A stretch of DNA of 32,429 bases, from contig NC_068991.1 of NCBI RefSeq assembly GCF_001194135.2, positions 22,777,366 through 22,809,794 of the forward strand. Reading direction: 5' to 3'. A model generated the notes under the pieces. That model was not told where the DNA came from. It ran no database searches and was given only the letters and a program-made list of their open reading frames with translations. The translations under genes were made by a program, and so were the position numbers. The stretch is from Octopus bimaculoides. Lineage: Eukaryota. Below are positions 11,934 through 20,811 of this stretch, one piece after another. Positions within the stretch are counted from its first letter, which is position 1; each line of letters begins with the position of its first letter.

Positions 11934-14828
11934 ATACATATATATATATATATATATTATCATCATCATTTGACATCCAGTTTCCATGTTGGCATGGGTT
12001 GGACAGTTTAACAGGAAACTGGCAAGTTTAGGGCCGTGTTGTAGTTTGAGCATGTGGTTTGAGGTTCAGTCCTACTGCATGGAACTTTGAGCAAGTGTCT
12101 TCTACTACAGCCTCAGGCTGACAACTGCTTTGTGAGTGAATCTGGTAGACAGAAACTGCATGGAAGACAATTGTGTGTGTATGTGTGTGTGCCCCACACC
12201 ACTTGACAACTGATGTTGGTTTGTTTATATCTCCATAATTTAGCTGTTTGGCAAAAGGAATCAATAGAATAAGTACTAGACTTGAAAAGGAAACTAAAAA
12301 CTGGTGTCAGCCTGTTCAACTAAAAACCATCAAGGCAATGATCCAGCATGGTTACTGTCCAAGAACTAAAAAAAAAACAAAAGATACAATCAAACTGAAT
12401 CCAAAAAGACTGGTTTTGGTCTGTGTTGGCAAGATTTGTAATATTTAGTAAAGTCAATAAGAGTACAGAGAACTTGATATGGGAAGTGGAAAATCCAACA
12501 TTTCAAAAAGAGTCTTTCTGAGTCCTTCAACAAAAAGTTGATTAGAGTGAAATTAAAGAGACAGTAAAGATTTACATTCTCTATGTTAGTAAAACTGGCT
12601 GCAACTGGTAAGAAATGCAGGACCACAAGAGCTTCAAACAGGAAGTAAGAGATAAAAACTGGATGAGGCAGATAGAGAAAAGAGGAATGGAATGAGGAGA
12701 AGCAGGTGAAGGCAAGAGCTCAGTAGAATAAGTACTAGAGTCGATTTGTTTGACTAAACTCTTCAAGACAGTGCCACAGCATGGCTGCGGTCCAATAATT
12801 AAAAACAGTAAAAGAATATCACATCATAACCAATTACAGCAAGCAAACCAGGACAATTTCACCAGCTAGCATACGCAGATGATTCATTGAGAAATACATA
12901 AAGCTATGCGCACATTTCTACACTCTATACATACAGTTTTAGGTACCACACATGCACGCACGCACACACACACACACACTTTCAAATTCTGAAATTTTTA
13001 TATCTTTCTATATGAAATGTATCAGTAGTTTTTAATGTTCCATGCAAAGTGTGCCAGTTGATTTTTTCACTTGATGTTTTCACTACAAAGTCATAAAGAT
13101 TAAGGACCACTAGTCTATTAGAATGCAATGAAACATACTTATGGCCTCCTTGGATTTCAAATTTTGAGTGGAACTTCTTCCTCTTTTGTATGCTTAGTCA
13201 GAATAAATCTTTACAATTACTGATATTTTCTTTTTATTTATCTTCAAATATTCAGGGTCCTTTCCTTGATCCTGAAATTGTACAATTGCAGCGCTACAAA
13301 CCTCTGAAGCCCACACTTCGTGTAGAAACTAGCTTTGATTCTTTAGAAAAAGCAAGAAATGAATTCAAATTGGAAGAATGGGCAAAAAGACTCCATGATG
13401 ATAAGTAAGTTTGATATATATTTAATCTCCTATTTTACATATTTCTGTTCTAACCTAGTGTAAAAATGATTCTGAAGAACTATTAAAAATTTCTCTTCCC
13501 CTTATATATGTCTAAATATATATTTTATATTACATTAAATTTTCATACCTCTACTCCAGCCTTCTGATCTAGTAGCAACATACCTTTTCCTCAGACAATC
13601 ATAAAAGAAGAGACAACATTGTTATGATTTAAGTTGTATATTGATACTCTTATTTTCCTTTTTGGTTTTCAGTTTTAAGAATATTTTACCTTAATATTAT
13701 AAATGGGAATCGGCTTTCCTCTACATCCATGAAGAGTTCAATTTATTTTTTTAATTTCTATATTATGCAAGAATTTTTTTGCAGTTCATTGTCCTTCAAA
13801 CCACTGAATATTCAGTTGTAAAATAGAAGAAATACATATTGTTAATCAAGCAAGCTGAGATAAATCTTGATAATATTTGTTTTTCATCTCTAAAAATGAG
13901 GTTAATTTTAAAAACTATACGCTTCAAAATAAACTTGATATTAACTTCAGTCTTTTAATATCTTTTCCAGTTTCATATCAGTTAAAAACGGCCCAACAAA
14001 ATACCAGCCTCTTCTCCATACAAAGTCTGAATATGGTCACAGACCATATGGCTTGAAGTACTTCAGAGAGACGAACCACAAATTATTTATATCAGACAAG
14101 GTACGAAAGCCAATATCTCCCTTATTTTATATACTAAAGCAGGTGTCTACTTCAAACCAATGAGAAAACATTTATGCAGTTATTCAATCTGCAAGCAGTA
14201 GTAGTAGCCAAATCTCCTTCAAATCACAATACACTTTAAAACAAAAGAACATGTAAGATAATATAGTCCTAAATAGACTATGCCTCAAAAATTTGCCACT
14301 TGCCGAAGGTGCCATACAGTGGGACTGAACCCAGAACCACGTGGTTGGTAAGCAAGCTACTTACCACACAGCCACTCCTTTCGGTAAGATATTAACAGAC
14401 AAGTTTGCTTCAGCTCTCACAGCATCTACTTCTTTCAGCTCAACTTCAAATCACATTTGACCTGTTTCTCTCAAATTCCACTATTTCCATTCTTTTTACT
14501 TCAACTTCCACCCTATCTACTACTTTCCCTTCAAATTCCATCTCACCAACTCTTTACCTTCAACTTCCACACCATGATCTTATTTCCTCTGCAACCACTC
14601 AACTTACTGCAACACAGCCATCTTTTTCATCACAACTTCCAACAGATCTGACTATTTCCCCTGCAAACATCGATAAATCCTGCTCACCATGTCTACTTTA
14701 AACTGATATACAGTTTTCAACAGATTTACTCTGTGAATTCTTCTCTCTACACGAATTTTATTGTATCATTGAATTTTTTTCTTTTTCAGGACTTCAAGAC
14801 ATGCACATCAAACAGTTCCTATACTTGA
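1022..14828 (+). CDS. SPATA17: Spermatogenesis-associated protein 17 (IQ-motif protein), full 10-exon model, 333 aa: join(1022..1092,3015..3104,3961..4042,6304..6354,8063..8166,8891..9046,10449..10578,13256..13404,13971..14100,14790..14828)
   Basis: Manual exon assembly: every intron is GT..AG, phases are compatible (2,2,0,0,2,2,0,2,0) and the total of 1002 nt is open to TGA. The protein has three IQ motifs (IQSWYRGARSR, IQKHWKGYIAR, IQKTWRGYQSR). It also has the family-typical C-terminal block PQGPFLDPEIVQLQRYKPLKPTLRV...EEW...YQPLLHTKSEYG...YFRE...DFKT, recognised from memory of animal SPATA17 proteins. Confidence 0.93.
1312..1428 (-). mobile_element. Decayed SINE, family A
   Basis: Reverse-complement similarity to the copy at 19008-19254 (ggcgg..ttggcagaa..gagttcaaatcc..cctttcatc..gtcgataaagtacc). 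Confidence 0.65.
1915..2720 (-). mobile_element. 5'-truncated, decayed RLE-type non-LTR retrotransposon (R4/Dong-like): 3' end of ORF plus 3' UTR
   Basis: The minus strand reads EDITHIISSCLKMSS*YYLPMRHDVVARTLYNEI...WWNVPVKTSIKCKHNRPNIMI*DREEKLCIIVEISCPAD...FIPVIIGALGYVTHCL...KLQIQSTTGTEKICKTFQKF. This corresponds to a CCHC knuckle, the RHD motif and a PD-(D/E)xK restriction-like endonuclease, with stops and an indel. A (TATG)n tract and AATAAA lie in the 3' UTR. Confidence 0.85.
2745..2890 (-). mobile_element. Decayed SINE, family A
   Basis: aaaaggcaaagttgacc...gatttgaactcagaac is the reverse complement of the family A core. Confidence 0.65.
3015..3104 (+). CDS. SPATA17: SPATA17 exon 2, IQ motif 1 (DEAEKHRNYEYSASVKIQSWYRGARSRFYLR)
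   Basis: Acceptor ttcttattcag| and donor AG|gtaagt; 90 nt; IQxxxRG motif. Confidence 0.93.
3562..3656. repeat. (CT)n(CA)n microsatellite running into a gap; poly-A follows the gap (3804-3834)
   Basis: Seen directly. Confidence 0.95.
3657..3803. other. Assembly gap (147 N)
   Basis: N run. Confidence 1.
3961..4042 (+). CDS. SPATA17: SPATA17 exon 3, IQ motif 2 (FMNNAAITIQKHWKGYIARIYYQKATW)
   Basis: Pyrimidine tract then accaag| acceptor; donor TGG|gtaaaa; 82 nt. Confidence 0.92.
5056..5220 (+). mobile_element. SINE family C, 3' part with (GAT)n tail
   Basis: ggcgttaggaagggcatccagctgtagaaac...ccaacctatgccagcatggaaaacggacgttaaacgacgacgatgatgatg; the same motif recurs at 5485, 7355 and 20812 (+) and at 11955 and 15612 (-). 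Confidence 0.85.
5221..5400 (+). mobile_element. Decayed SINE family B
   Basis: gttcagtcccactg..ggcactttgggcaag..ctatagcc..ccaatcaaagccttgtgagtgaatctggtagatggaaactgaaagaagc matches the copy at 16616. Confidence 0.8.
5485..5630 (+). mobile_element. Decayed SINE family C
   Basis: ggttggcaacaggaaaggtatccagctgtagaaa...ccatgcaagcagggaaaaatggacattaaatgatgatgatg. Confidence 0.75.
6304..6354 (+). CDS. SPATA17: SPATA17 exon 4 (DFFLKMCIEHYIAMATK)
   Basis: Acceptor tttacag| and donor AAG|gtaagt; 51 nt, phase 0-0; leads directly into the IQ of the next exon. Confidence 0.9.
7355..7497 (+). mobile_element. Decayed SINE family C
   Basis: cctgtcaaactatccaagccatgccagcatggaaagcagacattaaatgatgatgatg tail. 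Confidence 0.75.
8063..8166 (+). CDS. SPATA17: SPATA17 exon 5, IQ motif 3 (IQKTWRGYQSRKKKFDYYKRKCYLENVCRKNEIV)
   Basis: Acceptor ttcattcttcag| and donor TT|gtaagt; 104 nt. Confidence 0.93.
8625..8780 (-). mobile_element. Decayed SINE family B with (CA)n
   Basis: tttcagtttcc..aaatccactcacaaggc...tgcttaccacacagccac is the reverse complement of the family B head. Confidence 0.75.
8891..9046 (+). CDS. SPATA17: SPATA17 exon 6, coiled-coil region (AKLDKFAKETKEIEEIITRQLKEMMSGQKAFRHNCVQGIDSFPGINTNTTY)
   Basis: Acceptor tgtacag| and donor AG|gtaagg; 156 nt, open in the phase 2-2 frame. Confidence 0.88.
9174..9228 (+). CDS. SPATA17: Candidate alternative SPATA17 exon 7a (IQPVRDTVPPGWKASLFQ), same phases as exon 7
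   Basis: Acceptor tttaactttgtttttatag| and donor CAG|gtaaca; 55 nt, open, phase 2-0. No expression evidence. Confidence 0.35.
10449..10578 (+). CDS. SPATA17: SPATA17 exon 7 (KSKQTEIYHSVYDLKQGTLQVSTDNGYQLIPPKTLPPLPQKPQ)
   Basis: Acceptor tttctgctcttttaatattcaag| and donor CAA|gtaaga; 130 nt, phase 2-0. It ends in the family-typical LPP...PQ that joins GPF of exon 8. The 3' boundary is more certain than the 5' boundary. Confidence 0.82.
11290..11957. repeat. (TA)n/(TG)n microsatellite array interrupted by a 505-N gap (11337-11841)
   Basis: Seen directly. Confidence 0.9.
11955..12025 (-). mobile_element. SINE family C tail
   Basis: catcatcatcatttgacatccagtttccatgttggcatgggttggacagtttaacagg is the reverse complement of the family C tail. 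Confidence 0.75.
12040..12365 (+). mobile_element. Decayed SINE family B
   Basis: ggttcagtcctactgcatggaactttgagcaagtgtcttctactacagcctcaggctgac...cttgacaactgatgttgg...gatagaataagtact. Confidence 0.8.
13256..13404 (+). CDS. SPATA17: SPATA17 exon 8 (GPFLDPEIVQLQRYKPLKPTLRVETSFDSLEKARNEFKLEEWAKRLHDD)
   Basis: Long pyrimidine tract, ttcag| acceptor, AA|gtaagt donor; 149 nt; the most diagnostic SPATA17 block. Confidence 0.95.
13971..14100 (+). CDS. SPATA17: SPATA17 exon 9 (FISVKNGPTKYQPLLHTKSEYGHRPYGLKYFRETNHKLFISDK)
   Basis: Acceptor tcttttccag| and donor AAG|gtacga; 130 nt, phase 2-0. Confidence 0.93.
14290..14379 (-). mobile_element. SINE family B head fragment
   Basis: cagtgggactgaacccagaaccacgtggttggtaagcaagctacttaccacacagccactcc is the reverse complement of the family B tRNA-like head. 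Confidence 0.85.
14440..14640. repeat. Degenerate ~30-bp tandem repeat, G-poor on the + strand
   Basis: tcaa(a/c)ttcca recurs at 14471, 14501, 14531 and 14560. Confidence 0.65.
14790..14828 (+). CDS. SPATA17: SPATA17 terminal exon coding part (DFKTCTSNSSYT*)
   Basis: Strong acceptor tttttttctttttcag|; begins DFKT like the family DF(Q/K)T motif; TGA at 14826-14828. The C-terminus may be frameshifted (see findings). Confidence 0.8.
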   Translation, partial: DFKTCTSNSSYT

Positions 14829-15114
14829 ATCCACAAATATCTCACATTAGGTCAGGTTTATCCAGATTATGATTTTTAGAATTATCTAATTGTTCAAATC
14901 TGCTGAGATTATGCACAAATCTAAAAATAATACCACCAGATACTGATTGAAGATCAAACCAATCAAAATATGAAGACATAAATATTGATGATTTTCTTAT
15001 TGCCGCAGATGAGGTTAATAAGTTCAAACCATTATAAATGTTATTTACAACTTATCTCTGACATTTATGATTTAATCCAGTTAAGGACCTTTTTTTTTAT
15101 AAATAGAATAAGTA

Positions 15115-15319
15115 TGCCGGGCGAAATGCTTAGTGGTATTTCGTCTGCCGTTACGTTCTGAGTTCAAATTCCTCCGAGGTCGACTTTGCCTTTCATCCTT
15201 TCGGGGTCGATAAATTAAGTACCAGTTACGCACTGGGGGTCAATATAATCGACTTAATCCGTTTGTCTGTCCTTGTTTGTCCCCTCTATGTTTAGCCCCT
15301 TGTGGGCAACAAAGAAATA
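15115..15319 (+). mobile_element. Young, 5'-truncated SINE family A with 10-bp target-site duplication
   Basis: AGAATAAGTA at 15105-15114 and 15320-15329. It has a B-box GAGTTCAAATTCC, the central gcctttcatcctttcggggtcgataaa..agtacc resembles the Deu/Nin SINE domain, and CpGs are retained. Confidence 0.9.
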
Positions 15320-15611
15320 AGAATAAGTACATAGTACATAGGTTACAAGAAGGAAAACTTTATAGCACTAAAACATAACTAAGATAAAAACTAATACTTT
15401 CTCACAGCTCTGGATTTTCATTAGTCCTAAATGAATTTAATTAAAATTTTTGAGTTGCGACTAAATCAACATTTGGTATTTTCCTAATTATTTTATTAAC
15501 AGACAATATTACATGACAAATTTCAAAGTCTGTTTTTGATTTTTTTTTGTTTTGTTTTTTTAATAAATCTGTAAAATAAAAGTATTGCCTACTTTTGGTC
15601 TTTATATATCT

Positions 15612-15830
15612 CATCATCATTATCACCATTTAATATCCATTTTTCATGCTTGCATTCATTGGACAGTTTGACAGGAGCTGGTGAGCCAGCAGACTGTGCC
15701 AAGTCTGCTTTGGTATGGTTTCTAGTTGGATTCCCTTAACATCAGTTTTGTTATTAACAACATTATTTACAAAGAGTACTGAGTGCTTTTTATGTGGCAC
15801 CAGCACAAGTACAACTCTTCTATAGCAGAC
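15612..15830 (-). mobile_element. SINE family C
   Basis: catcatcatt...tttaatatccattttTcatgcttgc..ttggacagtttgacagg...gtgctttttatgtggcaccagcac. Confidence 0.75.
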
Positions 15831-15834
15831 CATG

Positions 15835-15942
15835 CATGTATGTATGTATGTATGTATGTATGTATGCATGCATGTAGATAGATAGATAGATATGTATATG
15901 TGTGTGTATATATATATATATAGATATATGTGTGTGTGTGTG

Positions 15943-16001
<59 letters not shown>
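15835..16001. repeat. Compound microsatellite (TATG)n(TAGA)n(TA)n(TG)n
   Basis: Seen directly. Confidence 0.95.
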
Positions 16002-16003
<2 letters not shown>

Positions 16004-16129
16004 TGTTTGTAGAAATACATAAATCCAGAGGAGAAGCACACTCTAAGATGTAGACCAGTTAATATTATAGAGGGGTAGGCCGGTTAATCTAACTTCTCTC
16101 AACATAACAGATTTGGTCAATTTAAAAAG

Positions 16130-16350
16130 TTTTGTGGTTGTGTGGTTAAGAAGCTTGCTTAACAACCACTTGGATTCAGATTCAGTTCCACTGTACAGTT
16201 CCTTGGGCTAGTGTCTTCTACAATAGCTCCAAGCTGACCAATGCGCTTTGAATGAATCTGGTAGACAGAAACTATGTGAAAACCTATGATATATTGTGTA
16301 GTGCCCCAGCATGGCCACAGTTCAATGACTGAAATAAATAAAAGATAATA
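16130..16350 (+). mobile_element. Decayed SINE family B
   Basis: gtgtggttaagaagcttgctt..aaccac..ttcagttccactgtacagttccttgggctagtgtcttctac...cagcatggccacagttcaatgactgaaa. Confidence 0.8.
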
Positions 16351-16615
16351 GAAACCATCATTATTTCCTCTGTAAAATTGGAATAACAGCAGCCCATCTG
16401 AGAAATGAACACTGCAAGGTGGGGTAGCCGTTGCTGGCCATTCTCTGCAGTAACACTTTTGTAATTTTGTCTCTAAGGCATGGTTGAACATGCCATTTGG
16501 TCTGGGGTGTACAACTTGTTACACCCTTCCATTTTTTTCTTTTTTTTTTGTTTCTTTGGTGAGGTAGTTCTTGCAGGAGTTTTCTCAATAATTTCATGGG
16601 TCACTACACATAATA

Positions 16616-16785
16616 GGCGCAGGTGTGGATGTGTGGTAAGTAGCTTGCTTACCAACCACATGGTCCCTGAGTTCAATCTCACTGTGTGGCACCTTGGGCA
16701 AGTGTCTTCTACTATAGCCTCAGGCCGACCAAAGCCTTGTGAGTGGATTTGGTAGACGGAAACTGAAAGAAGCCCGTCGTATATG

Positions 16786-16838
<53 letters not shown>

Positions 16839-16864
16839 ATATATGTTTGTTTGTNNNNNNNNNN

Positions 16865-16917
<53 letters not shown>

Positions 16918-17130
16918 ATATATGTTTGTTTGTTCCCCCCACCAACATCGCTTGACAACTGATGCTGGTATGTTTGCGTCCCCGTAACTTAGCAGTTCGG
17001 CGAAAGAGACCGATAGAATAAGTACTAGGCTTACAGAGAATAAGCTCTGGGGTCGATTTGGTCGACTATAAAGGCGGTGCTCCAGCATGGCCGCAGTCAA
17101 ATGACTGAAACAAGTAAAAGAATAAAAGAG
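16616..17130 (+). mobile_element. Near full-length SINE family B with tRNA-like head, internal (TA)n(TG)n and gaataaaa tail
   Basis: ggcgcaggtgtggatgtgtggtaagtagcttgc...gagttcaatctc...ccttgggcaagtgtc (CORE-like)...aagtaaaagaataaaagag; many partial copies elsewhere in the window. Confidence 0.9.
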
Positions 17131-17429
17131 TTATATACTTTTAATGTTTTTGTTTTCTTTTCCTCCTGTAAAAATATATAGCTAAATAAAAAATTTTAGT
17201 ACATAAGATGTAAAACTGAAAAAAATCTAGTGCAATCATCTCAAGTAATCACAGACAGCCTGGCATTGATCAATATATTTATGTAAATATGTTGATTGCT
17301 AAAGATGGTTAATGACTGCGCAGGATTTTTGAGGAATGTGTTAAGAGAGTTAAGAAATGGGAATAATGAATAAAAGGCTAAACTGATATCATTTATTTTT
17401 GTCTTTGTCCTGTTTATGTGTATACAATA

Positions 17430-18082
17430 CAGCGGTGATTCTCAACTGGGGTCTGTATGGCCCTTCGGAGAGTCCATGTAAGATTTTGTGAAAATTTACC
17501 TGCAATAAATTGGCTATACTTCTGCAATACACAAAATATCTTAACAATTTTTTTTATACAATTCCTAATATTATTTAATTATAAAAATATAAAATGATTT
17601 TTAAGCAGTGAATGGTTATGAGGGTACATAGGAGTATTGTTGTTGGCACTCCGTCGCTTACGACATCGAGGGTTCCAGTTGGTCCGATCAACGGAACAGC
17701 CTGCTCGTGAAATTAACGTGCAAGTGGCTGAGCACTCCACAAACACGTGTACCCTTAACGTAGTTCTCAGGGATATTCAATGTGACACAGTGTGACAAGG
17801 CTGACCCTTTGAATTACAGGCACAACAGAAACAGGAAGTAAGAGTGAGAGAAAGTTGTGGTGAAAGAGTACAGCAGGGTTCGCCACCATCCCCTGACGGA
17901 GCCTCGTGGAGCTTTAGGTGTTTTCGCTCAATAAACACTCACAACGCCTGGTCTGGGAATCGAAACCGCAATCCTATGACTGAGAGTCTGCTACCCTAAC
18001 CACTGGGCCATTGCGCCTCCACACATAGGAGTAATATAGGAATCAAAGGAGTCTATAGGTAAAAAATGGTTGAGAAAGACTG
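17430..18082. mobile_element. Older hAT-like MITE interrupted by a SINE
   Basis: Degenerate termini CAGCGGTGATTCTCAAC ... GTTGAGAAAGACTG with an AT-rich interior; no intact 8-bp TSD. Confidence 0.6.
17637..18022 (-). mobile_element. Full-length tRNA-derived SINE family D with 11-bp TSD
   Basis: Minus-strand head GTGGAGGCGCAATGGCCCAGTGGTTAGG (A box)...GGTTTCGATTCCC (B box) and a (CAA)n tail; ACATAGGAGTA duplicated at 17626-17636 and 18023-18033. Confidence 0.92.
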
Positions 18083-18673
18083 TAGTAGAACATGTAGTTT
18101 TAAATGTATTTTTATATTAATGTGGGGTACTAATTTTATTGTGTAAAACTTGTAATCCTTCACAAAACTCTTTAATATTTATATTCTTTTACAACTCTGC
18201 AACAAGTGTCACCAGTCTTGGTGTCTGTTCATAAAAATATTCACTCTATCCGACAGTGACTAATTTAAGTTGATGATGATGAAATTGAGATAGACAAAGA
18301 AATCAAGACTGACAATAATGAAATTGAGGTTGACATTGACAAAGTTAAGGTTGATAATATATCAAATTTGAAGGGAAAACCATGTTGATCAGTTTGAATT
18401 TCAGAGTTGTTCCCTTGTTTTTAACTATCATTAGCATTAACATTAAAGTATTTTTTCCTCATTACAGATGTAATTTTGATTAAAAATTTGGGATGACTCA
18501 TTATATGAACTATTTTAGTTCCCACTTAACCATATGTTCTCCATGTAGAAGGGATCCCAGAGAAATCCCATATTTTGGAGAATTTTTTAATTATTAAATC
18601 AGTGAATGTTTTTTTCTTTAAAAACCTATATATTCCTGTAGTTATTCTAAGTTATGGTAAGTATGAGTTAGAC

Positions 18674-18961
18674 CAGGGGTTTTCAAACTGTGGTCCGCGG
18701 ACCACAGGGGGTCCGCAAAGACAAGACTGGGGGTCCATGGACAGCAAATACTTTTTATGGGCAATTTGATTTTATATATGTTTTTTAATCGAAATCTTTT
18801 AATTGACAATAAACCTATTTGTTAAATACTGTTAAATAAATAAATGTAAAAATATATGTTATTTTAAGCAAATATTTATGTATAAATTTCATAAGCGTTT
18901 ATAAGGGGTTAAAGCCTGAAATATAAAGGGGTCCGCAAGTCAAAAAGTTTGAAAACCCCTG
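18674..18961. mobile_element. Intact 288-bp hAT-superfamily MITE
   Basis: Perfect 16-bp TIRs CAGGGGTTTTCAAACT/AGTTTGAAAACCCCTG, a perfect 8-bp TSD AGTTAGAC (18666-18673 and 18962-18969), and subterminal GGTCCGC repeats. Confidence 0.95.
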
Positions 18962-19007
18962 AGTTAGACTATGATTAGCTGAACAGATCTCATAAGATAG
19001 AAATATA

Positions 19008-19254
19008 TAGGCGGCGAGCTGGCAGAAACGTTAGCATGCCGGGCGAAATGCTTAACGGTATTTTGTCTGCCGCTATGTTCTGAGTTCAAATTCTGCGGAG
19101 GTTAACTTAGCCTTTCATTCTTTCGGGGTCGATTAAATAAGTACCAGTTATGCACTGGGGTCATTATAATCGACTTAATCCGTTTGTCTGTCCTTGTTTG
19201 TCTGTCCTTGTTTGTCCCCTCTATGTTTAGCCCCTTGTGGGCAATAAGGAAATA
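19008..19254 (+). mobile_element. Full-length SINE family A with ~9-bp TSD
   Basis: ggcggcgagctggcagaaacgttagc...gagttcaaattc...cctttcattctttcggggtcgat; AGAAATATA at 18999-19007 and 19255-19263; internal duplication of tctgtccttgtttg. Confidence 0.9.
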
Positions 19255-20554
19255 AGAAATATACCCAGAGTTGCCACCATACATTCCTATTATATACCAC
19301 TTTTTTAATTGTTAGTCAGTTTCATATTGCAGTTTTTCCTCTAGCCATTGGTATGAATTATCATTAATGCTAATGATTTCTGTTTTTATGACATTGGAGA
19401 GCTGCCTTGGCAGTGTAATTTTTATTGATTAAACATTTAGTTCTCAATTGTTCTTCCTATAGATGGTATCCTTTGGGAATTTTTTACTGTTAATGTAAAA
19501 CAACTTCTATCAACTTATACTGACATAACTAACATGAAAAAAAAAAGAATATATTTAACTCATTAGTATTTAAACCAGCCATGTCAGGCCCATTTTAGGC
19601 CCAAATAGTCTACTTGAAACCTGTCAGATTTGCTTTCTCTCATCTACCCTCTAATGTCATTCTAAAAATAAACAATTACATCTCAAAATCTTGGAGCTAC
19701 AAAATAATGAATGATTAATTTGAAACAATGTGAATAAATAAGCTTTACATTTGAGAGACTAATCTCAATACTAAACAGTTAAAGAAAAAACAGCATGTTA
19801 CTGTAACAAGGTCTAACTTATACAGCTCCTGCCGCCACCTGCACAACACTGTCTCATCAGCATGAAACATATCTACCTCAAAGTAGATTTAGCTTTTTCG
19901 TGTTCACTGCATTAAACAGGTGAGCACTGACTTAATTATTGCTTTTTATGTAGGTGACATTTTTGAGTAATTTATTCTCTTAAATATGTTGATTTTCTAC
20001 ATCAACTTGTGTATATTTACTTAATGATTTTCAGATTACTACTTTGGAATACATGCTGAGGTATAATAATAAGGTTCACTCAGGTATAATGTTCAGAGTT
20101 GTCTTCCATACTTATTAAGGATAATTAAAATATGAACCATTGACTTATATTTCTACCTCACTGGATAACTATTTCATATGAACTTCTTAATGCTCACTAC
20201 ATTAAATATATCATCACCAACTTAATTAACTTATTATTATTAACCTCATTATTTCCAAGAATTAACTCTGTACTAAGTTGAACAATATCAATAAGCTACA
20301 CAGGAAAATAACTCTGATACTTTGGCAAAGTATTTGCCTGCCTCTGCCCTGGTTATCCCCAGAAGAAAACCTCTATTTGATCATACGACCTGCAAGAAAT
20401 AACAACTAAATCTCATTCATATTACACCTTATTGCCTTAAAAAGGAAGGACTAAATGGATAATGTAGTTCTTTATCAGGGAATCATAAATAGACCCCTGC
20501 CCCCAAAGGTCAATGGGACTATGTGGCATGGAGGGTATCGATCAAATTCTGAAT

Positions 20555-20680
20555 TTCAGCCACATGATATCAGGTTCAGTCTCACTGAACAGCAAATGCT
20601 TTCTACTATGGCCTCAAGCCAACCAAAACCTTGTAAGTGGATCTGGTGGTTGGAAATTGAGGACTGTTGTGTGTGTGTGA
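20555..20680 (+). mobile_element. Decayed SINE family B
   Basis: caggttcagtctcactg...ttctactatggcctcaagccaaccaaaaccttgtaagtggatctgg. Confidence 0.7.
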
Positions 20681-20811
20681 CAAGAGAAGATGACAAGGGG
20701 TTGAGATTTCTGGTTGTTTGCTGTACTTGAGAAGATATGTCAAGTAAAGTAAAACTGTAGCCATCCATGCATGCAGGAATGTCCTCTACATCCCTCTCTC
20801 AACAGAGAGAT

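Noticed and set aside
11193-12053. Long ORFs of 198-272 aa in the supplied track (also 3396-3891, 15767-16041, 16473-17100, 30052-31007)
   Set aside because: They are translations of (TA)n/(CA)n microsatellites and N runs, not proteins.
16790-16935. Apparent tandem duplication of (TA)n(TG)n-tatatgtttgtttgt
   Set aside because: The two copies flank a 10-N gap, so this is most likely overlapping contig ends rather than a real duplication.
17945-18022. tRNA-like sequence with A and B boxes on the minus strand
   Set aside because: It continues into a SINE body with a tail and is bounded by an 11-bp TSD; it is a SINE head, not a tRNA gene.
18268-18388. Acidic peptide DDDEIEIDKEIKTDNNEIEVDIDKVKVD
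   Set aside because: Degenerate gat/gaaattgag low-complexity repeat without splice support.
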